The position numbers were made by a program, and so were the translations under genes. A stretch of DNA of 39,105 bases from Candidatus Hydrogenedens sp. (GTDB lineage: Bacteria; Hydrogenedentota; Hydrogenedentia; Hydrogenedentales; Hydrogenedentaceae): NCBI GenBank assembly GCA_049968235.1, contig JBMFRC010000028.1:1-39105 (forward strand), given 5' to 3'. Positions within the stretch are counted from its first letter, which is position 1. Every line of letters starts with the position of its first letter. The notes beneath the pieces were generated by a model. The model worked only from the letters and a program-made list of their open reading frames with translations, was not told where the DNA came from and searched no databases. Of this stretch, positions 1-6,851 are shown in pieces.

Positions 1-858
1 ACTGTAGAGGTAGGAACATTAGTGAATCTTTGGGTATCCACAGGACCATGTCCTGAAGGCGAAGGCACTCCAGAAGGTACCCCCGAAGGTGTAGTTGAAG
101 GCACTCCAGAAGGCACGCCGGAAGGTACCCCCGAAGGTGTAGTTGAAGGAACGCCAGAAGGGACGCCGGAAGGCACCCCCGAAGGTGTAGTCGAAGGCGA
201 AGGTGAAGGCACAGTAGAGTATGCTATTGTTCCTTATGTAATAGGAGAAACATATGCATCTGCAAATTCACAGATTACATCTGCAGGTTTAACACTCGGA
301 AATGTTATAGAAGTATGCAGTAATACTTATCCTCTGGGAACGGTAATTGCTCAAGACCCGAGTGGTGGAAATACAGCGGAATTAGGTAGCCCTGTAGATT
401 TGGTCGTAGCATGTGGTCCTTGCGTGACCATTCCTGATATAGTAGGTGAACAACTTACAGATGCATTATCTACACTGATAGGCTATGGGCTATCCATAGG
501 AGATATTATTTCAGTGTGTGATAATACAGCTCCGATAGGGTCTGTATTGTCTCAAGATCCAACACCTGTAGAGAACACATGCACATTAGATACAACTGTT
601 GATTTGTATGTAGTTTGTGGGCCATGTATGCAGATAAGTTTCCCGTATGTAGTAGGAAATACAGAAGGATTAGCAATAAGTATTTTAACTGGGGGTGGAT
701 ATAGTGTAAATGATGTAATCTATGTATGTGATAATAATGTGCCGGCAGGATATGTGATAGACCAATATCCGCCATCCGATTTAAATACGCCACCGTTAGT
801 CAATACATGTAACCTTGATGTAGACCTGCTAATTTCAACGGGTCCATGTAAGAAGTAA
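1..858 (+). CDS. C-terminal portion of a secreted/cell-surface protein: Glu/Pro/Gly-rich (TPEG)n linker followed by three ~65-aa Cys-containing PASTA-like repeats; 5' end lies outside the window
   Basis: Frame 1 is open from nt 1 (no in-frame stop before the listed GTG at 22; the first codons encode ...TVEVGTLVNLWVSTGPC, i.e. the tail of a preceding repeat). Three repeats of pattern 'P.IVGe.y..A...L...GL..G.I..VC.N..P.G.V..QdP.......VDL.V.CGPC' resemble PASTA domains (PBP/STK-associated) but carry 4 conserved Cys each. Stop TAA 856-858. Confidence 0.6.
   Translation, partial: TVEVGTLVNLWVSTGPCPEGEGTPEGTPEGVVEGTPEGTPEGTPEGVVEGTPEGTPEGTPEGVVEGEGEGTVEYAIVPYVIGETYASANSQITSAGLTLGNVIEVCSNTYPLGTVIAQDPSGGNTAELGSPVDLVVACGPCVTIPDIVGEQLTDALSTLIGYGLSIGDIISVCDNTAPIGSVLSQDPTPVENTCTLDTTVDLYVVCGPCMQISFPYVVGNTEGLAISILTGGGYSVNDVIYVCDNNVPAGYVIDQYPPSDLNTPPLVNTCNLDVDLLISTGPCKK
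52..213 (+). repeat. In-frame tandem repeat array built from 12-nt units (acnccngaaggn = TPEG, gtagtngaaggn = VVEG), organised as 36/48-nt higher-order repeats; encodes EGEG(TPEG)2VVEG(TPEG)3VVEG(TPEG)3VVEGEGEG
   Basis: Direct reading: near-identical 12-nt units repeated 11 times with synonymous wobble variation (ggt/ggc, cca/ccg/ccc). Confidence 0.85.
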
Positions 859-879
859 TAAAAATTATAGATACATTCT

Positions 880-920
880 GGGTCTCTGATATTTCTCAAT
901 ATCAGAGACCCTTTAGTTTT
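880..920 (+). terminator. Rho-independent terminator downstream of the PASTA-repeat gene
   Basis: Perfect 14-bp inverted repeat gggtctctgatatt (880-893) / aatatcagagaccc (898-911) with 4-nt loop tctc, followed by tttagttttt. Confidence 0.8.
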
Positions 921-942
921 TATGGTAATAAATTAATTTATA

Positions 943-951
943 TGGTATAAT
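943..951 (+). promoter_or_regulatory. Candidate extended -10 promoter element (TGgTATAAT) for the 984 gene
   Basis: tgGTATAAT at 943-951, about 32 nt upstream of ATG 984; RBS aggag at 972-976. No good -35 (acceptable for extended -10). Confidence 0.35.
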
Positions 952-983
952 GTAAAATAAATATTTGAGGAAGGAGAATATCA

Positions 984-2717
984 ATGAGAACTGATTTTTT
1001 CAAAGGCTATGGAATTTTATTAATTATTTTATTCTGTTTTTTTTCAACAACTTCTTTTTCTCAGGAAATGCAAGCACTTATTGCATACTCAAATGGAACA
1101 ATAATTAAGTTGACAGAAGAAAATAAGAAATCCATATTTGGAGATGAAAGTTTACATCAAAAGGATTTATTTACTGCTAATGGTATTACATTTAATATGA
1201 CTTACCAAGATATTAATACAGGTTTTAATGACCCAACATTAGGTTCTCAAAGGAAAGCAGTATTACAAAGTGCTTTAGAGTATGTTTCAAGTGTATTAAA
1301 TACACCGGGAGGAAGGGTAGATATAAATGTATCCTCAGTTGTTTTAGCAGGGCAATACTTGGCGACTGCAGGTCCTATTGTTGTATGGTATTTACCTTTG
1401 ACTCCGGGAATCAATAATGGCTGTGTATTCCAACATTTATTAAATGGAAGTGTTGACCCGAGTGGACCAGATTATCCAGATATGCAATTAACTGTAAATT
1501 GGAATTATAACTACTATTTAGGGACAGGAGACCCGGGTCCAATGCAATTTGATTTATTGAGTATTCTTATTCATGAATTAACGCATGGGATTGGTTTTCT
1601 ATCGTCTATTGCATATAATGATTCAGTATGTGGTGGGGGGGCAAGACCTAATGGAACGGGTTGGACGGGTTCTCAACCAGATATTTATTCAGCATTTGAC
1701 ACTTTTCTGGTTACAGGAAATGGTAATTATTTTATAAATTCATCATTTTACTATACAGGTCAAAATAGTTATTTTCTCGGTGGTGATAATGGAGTATATT
1801 GTGCGGGTACGGAAGCAACGACTGTTTGGGGAACCAGACCGCGAATTTATGCACCATCTATTTTCGAGTGTGGAAGCAGTATCAGTCATTGGAATTCTTT
1901 AGGTGCCGTAATGGACCCAAGTATCCCGCCGGGAGTAAAGAAAAGAAACTATTTACCTTTTGAGGTTGCTTTTTTAAGGGATATGGGCTATGTAAATGCA
2001 AGTATTCCTTCAACGGAGGGAGAAGGAATGATTGAGGGAGAAGGAATTGCAGAAGGAGAAGGAGAACCTGCAGGATGTAATTATATAACAGATTGTCCGG
2101 ATTTTATTGAAGAGGGAAATCTGTTTTACACAGAATTATCAAATCGATTGGGAAATCCAACTATTAATTGGAACATTTCGGACCTGGATGGTTCTGGTAT
2201 TCCCGATTCATGGGAGGTAGCATTATTAAAGAAAATTTTATGTCAACCTGCTGTTTACTGGCGTTTAAATGCAACATGTGTATATCTGGAAAATTTATCA
2301 AAAATAAGAACAGAACCACAATATGAATTATGGTTACATCCTTATGAACATATTCTTGCAGGATTATTATCAATAAGTAGCGAGTTCCAATCTGTGTTTT
2401 CTATATTAAATCTCGTTAATGAATATCAGACGATAAAAAACGCTGAAAAAACGGTTAATGAAATTCTATCGGGTTGGGGTGATGCAGATAGAGATGGCTA
2501 TTCAAATCGGACAGAGTATAACAATTGCATTATCTTTGGTCTGGGACTAAATGATTACTTAATTGTAGCATTACATCCTGATTTAGATGGAACAGAAGCC
2601 CCGCAGGATGCTTTATCTGTTGGTCAAGGTATGAATATAGTGCTTTATTCTTTACCTATTCTAATTTTAGGTTTTATTTTACTATTAAGCCATCAATTAT
2701 CTTTATATCGCAAATAA
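984..2717 (+). CDS. Secreted HExxH-motif protein (putative zinc metallopeptidase) with Glu/Gly linker, thrombospondin-type-3-like Ca-binding Asp motifs and C-terminal hydrophobic anchor
   Basis: N-terminal signal peptide (MRTDFFKGYGILLIILFCFFSTTSFSQE); 'LLSILIHELTHGIGF' HExxH motif; 'EGEGMIEGEGIAEGEGEPAG' linker like the upstream gene; 'DLDGSGIPDSWE' and 'DADRDGYSNRTEY' DxDxDG-type motifs; C-terminal 'IVLYSLPILILGFILLLSHQLSLYRK' TM helix + basic tail. RBS aggag 972-976. Confidence 0.45.
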   Translation: MRTDFFKGYGILLIILFCFFSTTSFSQEMQALIAYSNGTIIKLTEENKKSIFGDESLHQKDLFTANGITFNMTYQDINTGFNDPTLGSQRKAVLQSALEYVSSVLNTPGGRVDINVSSVVLAGQYLATAGPIVVWYLPLTPGINNGCVFQHLLNGSVDPSGPDYPDMQLTVNWNYNYYLGTGDPGPMQFDLLSILIHELTHGIGFLSSIAYNDSVCGGGARPNGTGWTGSQPDIYSAFDTFLVTGNGNYFINSSFYYTGQNSYFLGGDNGVYCAGTEATTVWGTRPRIYAPSIFECGSSISHWNSLGAVMDPSIPPGVKKRNYLPFEVAFLRDMGYVNASIPSTEGEGMIEGEGIAEGEGEPAGCNYITDCPDFIEEGNLFYTELSNRLGNPTINWNISDLDGSGIPDSWEVALLKKILCQPAVYWRLNATCVYLENLSKIRTEPQYELWLHPYEHILAGLLSISSEFQSVFSILNLVNEYQTIKNAEKTVNEILSGWGDADRDGYSNRTEYNNCIIFGLGLNDYLIVALHPDLDGTEAPQDALSVGQGMNIVLYSLPILILGFILLLSHQLSLYRK

Positions 2718-2734
2718 AATATTTTAGAATCATA

Positions 2735-3850
2735 TTATTGCTTATAGTTATGTAAAATATTAAAAATTTCCTTAGCTGTGTTTTCCCATGTAAACAATTG
2801 TGCTCGTTTTTTGCCTTTAATAGATAATTGAGTTCTGAGAACCTCATCTGTTAAAACTTTATAAAGGTTTTGAGATATTTCTTTTATCTCATAAGGATTA
2901 ACAAGAATACCACTATCCGCTACAATTTCAGGGATAGATGAACAATTAGATGCAAGAACAGGTGTCTCACAGTTCATAGCCTCTATAATCGGTAGTCCAA
3001 AACCTTCCCATAGGGAAATAAGGACAAGTACCGTAGCAGAACTAATTAAAGCAACCTTTTCTTCTTCACTCTCAAGGTATCCCAAATAATGAATTTTATG
3101 TGCATATTTACTTTTTCTTATTTTGTTTAATATAGGTTCATATAACCAGCCTAAACTACCGACTATCACAAGGTGATGTAAAATTTCAGGATGGTTATCA
3201 CATAAATCTTCATATGCTTCAATGAGACGATTTATATTTTTTCTCGGCTGTATTCTACCCAAATAAAGAATATAAGGGTCATTAAGTCCATACTTTTCTC
3301 TTGTTTTATTTTGTTCCTCTTTAGATGCTTTTGTTACCTTATTACTCACTCCTAAATAAACTCTGTGTAGCCTACCTTCAATCTTTGGAAATCGTTCAAG
3401 TATAGACTGCCTTGAAGATTCACTAATAGTTATGAATAACTGATTTGTTTTTATTGCAAGATTTAATTCAAGTTTTGCTTTTAGTTGGGCTTTCCATGTA
3501 AACTCGCTGGGAAAATCATAGTATGCTATATCGAAAATTGTACATGATTTGGGACAATTTCCCCAGAAAGGTGTTTGAAGGGAAGGGGAATAAAAGATAT
3601 CCGGAGGGTTTGTGTTAAGTTCTTTGGGTAAAACTGTTTGTGTCCAAAATTTTTTCTTCTGTAAAATCTTAATTTCGATATTTTTACTTTCCTTTAATGG
3701 AAAAAAAGATTTCGGAGGAGAGTCCAGATATATTACTAATTTATCGTTATTTAATAAAGGAGCAATACCATTTAATAATTCATAACAAAATTGCCCACTA
3801 CCTACTTTGTGAATATCATTTGCCAATCTACCATCAAAACCGATAATCAT
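2735..3850 (-). CDS. Glycosyltransferase family 4 (GT-B, retaining) protein
   Basis: C-terminal 'ISLWEGFGLPIIEAMNCETPVLASNCSSIPEIV' is the GT4 E-x7-E sugar-donor motif region; typical ~370 aa length. Confidence 0.85.
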   Translation of the reverse strand: MIIGFDGRLANDIHKVGSGQFCYELLNGIAPLLNNDKLVIYLDSPPKSFFPLKESKNIEIKILQKKKFWTQTVLPKELNTNPPDIFYSPSLQTPFWGNCPKSCTIFDIAYYDFPSEFTWKAQLKAKLELNLAIKTNQLFITISESSRQSILERFPKIEGRLHRVYLGVSNKVTKASKEEQNKTREKYGLNDPYILYLGRIQPRKNINRLIEAYEDLCDNHPEILHHLVIVGSLGWLYEPILNKIRKSKYAHKIHYLGYLESEEEKVALISSATVLVLISLWEGFGLPIIEAMNCETPVLASNCSSIPEIVADSGILVNPYEIKEISQNLYKVLTDEVLRTQLSIKGKKRAQLFTWENTAKEIFNILHNYKQ

Positions 3851-4026
3851 TTGTAACCTCTTAAAAATATTTTATTTCCATATAAAAAAATGATAGAATT
3901 TAAAATGCGAAAATTAATATTTGACATTAATAAATTATTTACAATTGCTTTTACAATATAATATTATAGTTATGCTGATTGAAGCAATAAGAATGTTGGA
4001 ATGATAATATTCAAGAAGGATGTAAA

Positions 4027-6771
4027 ATGTTAAGTTGGCGAAAAGATTCTGAAATAGATAAAAAAAATGTTAACAAACCAAAAAGCCCGGTGGAAAAAGA
4101 AACCGGGACGAAGGGCAGAAATCAGGAAATCCAAGAGACACGAGGGGGGATGTCTCATAAAAGACTTGGGGATTTACTTCTTGAAGAGAAATTAATAACA
4201 TTAGAACAATTAGCAGAAGCGTTGAAAATTCAATCGGAAGAAGGTGGTTTTTTAGGGAGAATATTGGTAGAGAAGGGTTTCATAAAACAAGATGTTGTGT
4301 CTTCGTGTCTTGCTAAACAGTGTAAAATTCCTCATATTAATCTTGTAGAATATGATATTTCTCCAGAGGTTATACATCTTGTCCCGGAAGAAATTTGCAG
4401 GAGGAGATATTTACTCCCTATAGATAAATTAGGACGGATTTTGACTGTTGCTATGGTTGACCCTTTAGATACTGATGCTCTGGAGGAAGTACGGAATCAT
4501 TGCCCCGATTTAAGAATAAAACCAATACTATGTAGCTGGGATGATTTAAATCGGGCTTTTGATAAAGCATTTCGCAAGAGCAAACAAAGTGGAGATATGA
4601 TATCTGTTCTGACCTCAGATTCATTAGGTTTGAGAAAGGTAGAAACAGAAACATCAAAAGTAGAAAGCTCCGTTGAATCCGAACCTATTCTCCCTGCATC
4701 TATTCTGGAAGAAGTAGAAAAAACAGCCGAGAAGACAAAGGATATATTTCCTCATGAGACCCATATTCCTTCCCGTACTGAAGGAATGGGAGAAAAGACA
4801 ATACAAACTCCCATTGCTACTGAGGTAGTTGTTGATACATCCATTGTGCAGGCAATACATGAACTTCCCCGGATTCTCTCCGAGTCTATTCGCGAATCTC
4901 TCACACAGGTAAATATTAACATTCCGATGCCTCCACCGCCACCTACTCCAACTTCGTCTATTTCTGAAGAACGATTTTCAGAATTAATTCGGGAACTGAG
5001 TACTGTATATAAAGAATCCATTACTCAGGTGGCTCAAAATATATACTTAAAAATAAACGAAGATAGGGTAGAGGGACAAAACCAAATTGCAAGTGTTATT
5101 CAATCAAATATTGCAGGTGTTTTCCAGCAGGCTATTTTCACGATGGTAAGTCAATTGAAGGAAGAAATGTCTGTAAGAGAAAAGAACTTCCAGACAAATA
5201 CAGAACAGTTGGCACAGGTGATACGAAATGGTATAAGTGAGTTATCTAACCAGTTACTAAATTCAGTATCTAATGAAATTCAGAATTCAACTCGTTTTGT
5301 AGCACAAATTCCAGAAGAGGTGGCAAAAACTGTAGAAAAGGTCGTTGAAAAGATAGATAATACCGACCAAAAACTTTCATCACAGATGTCTATTGCAGAA
5401 AAAACGCAAGAAATTCTATTGACTGTAAAAGACTCTATTGTTAATGGACTTCAAACTACATTGGAGTCTGCAATAACCAAACTGGTAGAAGAGTTAAGGC
5501 AAGGAGAGGAAATAGGAGAACCTGACCCTGTTTTGTTAAATCTTACAGAAGCAATTAAAAAATTAGATGAAGCCATTCTTGAAAATCGTAAAGTACAGGA
5601 ATCACAGGTACAAAAATTTGCTCAGATTACAGAATCAGTTATCCAATCCGTTCAGCAGACAACAAACCAGGCAATTAAGGAAATTATTAAAGATAGAGAA
5701 CGGGAACATTTAGAAGTAAAAGAAGAAAAACCCAAAACCGACACCGTTATTCCTGAACTAAAAGAAGTTGTTGAACAATTAAAAGAATCTGTGCAAAAAA
5801 CACAAAAAATGCAAGATGTCCAGACAGAGAAGATAACCCGATTAACAGAAACAACACTGGAATCTGTGCAACAAACAGCCCAGTTGGTTGAAACTCTGAC
5901 TGTAATGGAGGGGAAACGGATAGAAACATTAGAAGAGAAAAAACGAAGGTTATCCGCAGTATCTCCGTTTGGGAATACTCATACAGTTCCACCAGAAGAA
6001 TTAGAGGAATCAGATAAAGAGGTTTGGAAAGCCCTTGAATCCGAACAACCTCTGGAAACACTTACTTTCGATAATTTTTTCCCCGGTTCTGTGAATGCAT
6101 TTACATTTAAATTGAGTAAAGCAGTAGCAGAAAATCCAGGGTCTGAATACAATCCCTATTTTCTATACGGCAATGTAGGTATCGGTAAAACGCATTTAAT
6201 TAGTGCTATTGGCAATGGCATACTTAAAAAACACCCCAAAAAAAGAGTGGGCTATGTATCTGCCAGTCATTTCTCAAGGAGGTTAGCAGAAGCGTTAAAA
6301 GAAGGAGCCTTAGACCTATTTCGTGAAAATTATTGTCATTGGGATGTGTTAATTCTTGATGATATTCAATTTTTAGGGGGAAAGGTAGATGCCCAGGAAG
6401 AATTTTTCCATGTATTTAATGTGCTTCATCAAAGTAAAAGACAAATTATTATTGCAAGTGATAAAGCTCCTGACCGTTTAGGTATGTTAGAACAAAGACT
6501 GGTGTCCCGCTTTTCCAGTGGTATCGTAGCGGAACTAAAATCGCCCGAATGGGAAACGCGAATGCAAATATTGCGAAATCAAATCAAAGAAGCAGGGGTT
6601 CAAGTCCCAGAAGAGGTATTGAGTTTAATTGCAATGCGGGTCCCCAATGATGTGCGTAAAATGATGGGTTCATTAAAAAAGATTATTGCCTTTGCAAAAT
6701 TGGTCGGACAAAGTATTACCTGTGAGATGGCAGATGAAATATTAAGTCATTTAGGAGTTGTAGCAGCGTAA
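4027..6771 (+). CDS. Fusion protein: N-terminal MshE-N/GspE-N (T2SSE_N, c-di-GMP-binding type) domain - ~450-aa Glu/Gln/Lys-rich coiled-coil/low-complexity linker with poly-Pro - C-terminal DnaA domain-III AAA+ ATPase module lacking DnaA domains I/II and the DNA-binding domain IV
   Basis: Residues ~42-180: two tandem 24-aa MshEN-type motifs 'RLGDLLLEEKLITLEQLAEALKIQ' and 'FLGRILVEKGFIKQDVVSSCLAKQ', then 'IPHINLVEYDISPEVIHLVPEEICRRRYLLPI...LTVAMVDPLDTDALEEV' (GspE_N fold signature). Residues ~680-914 (nt 6061-6771) match DnaA domain III: 'LTFDNFFPGSVN', 'YNPYFLYGNVGIGKTHLISAIGNGI' (Walker A), 'DVLILDDIQFLGGKVDAQEEFFHVFNVL' (Walker B/box), 'QIIIASDKAP...EQRLVSRFSSGIVAELKSPEWETRMQIL' (sensor I / Arg finger), 'NDVRKMMGSL' (sensor II). 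ORF ends about 20 aa later, with no HTH domain IV. RBS aaggat 4015-4020; alternative start ATG 4150 directly before the MshEN motif. Confidence 0.8.
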   Translation: MLSWRKDSEIDKKNVNKPKSPVEKETGTKGRNQEIQETRGGMSHKRLGDLLLEEKLITLEQLAEALKIQSEEGGFLGRILVEKGFIKQDVVSSCLAKQCKIPHINLVEYDISPEVIHLVPEEICRRRYLLPIDKLGRILTVAMVDPLDTDALEEVRNHCPDLRIKPILCSWDDLNRAFDKAFRKSKQSGDMISVLTSDSLGLRKVETETSKVESSVESEPILPASILEEVEKTAEKTKDIFPHETHIPSRTEGMGEKTIQTPIATEVVVDTSIVQAIHELPRILSESIRESLTQVNINIPMPPPPPTPTSSISEERFSELIRELSTVYKESITQVAQNIYLKINEDRVEGQNQIASVIQSNIAGVFQQAIFTMVSQLKEEMSVREKNFQTNTEQLAQVIRNGISELSNQLLNSVSNEIQNSTRFVAQIPEEVAKTVEKVVEKIDNTDQKLSSQMSIAEKTQEILLTVKDSIVNGLQTTLESAITKLVEELRQGEEIGEPDPVLLNLTEAIKKLDEAILENRKVQESQVQKFAQITESVIQSVQQTTNQAIKEIIKDREREHLEVKEEKPKTDTVIPELKEVVEQLKESVQKTQKMQDVQTEKITRLTETTLESVQQTAQLVETLTVMEGKRIETLEEKKRRLSAVSPFGNTHTVPPEELEESDKEVWKALESEQPLETLTFDNFFPGSVNAFTFKLSKAVAENPGSEYNPYFLYGNVGIGKTHLISAIGNGILKKHPKKRVGYVSASHFSRRLAEALKEGALDLFRENYCHWDVLILDDIQFLGGKVDAQEEFFHVFNVLHQSKRQIIIASDKAPDRLGMLEQRLVSRFSSGIVAELKSPEWETRMQILRNQIKEAGVQVPEEVLSLIAMRVPNDVRKMMGSLKKIIAFAKLVGQSITCEMADEILSHLGVVAA

Positions 6772-6851
6772 ATCCAAAGAAATATATGTGTTATAGGTTT
6801 CGTTATAATATATTATAAAAATTAAATTATAGTTGCAAATATTTTAGGAGA

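Noticed and set aside
506-793. 95-aa minus-strand ORF inside the PASTA-repeat gene
   Set aside because: Antisense to a repeat-containing coding region with clear domain structure on the plus strand. His/Leu-rich composition is typical of spurious antisense frames.
3851-4026. Possible c-di-GMP riboswitch or strong promoter upstream of the MshEN-DnaA gene
   Set aside because: The region is very AT-rich with a TTGACA at 3921-3926 but no convincingly spaced -10. There is no GC-rich paired structure compatible with GEMM-type riboswitches. It is left unannotated rather than guessed.
4451-6061. Small minus-strand ORFs inside the DnaA-like fusion gene (4451, 4654, 4752, 5747)
   Set aside because: Antisense to a gene whose two ends are strongly supported. 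They are low-complexity and there is no translation-signal evidence.
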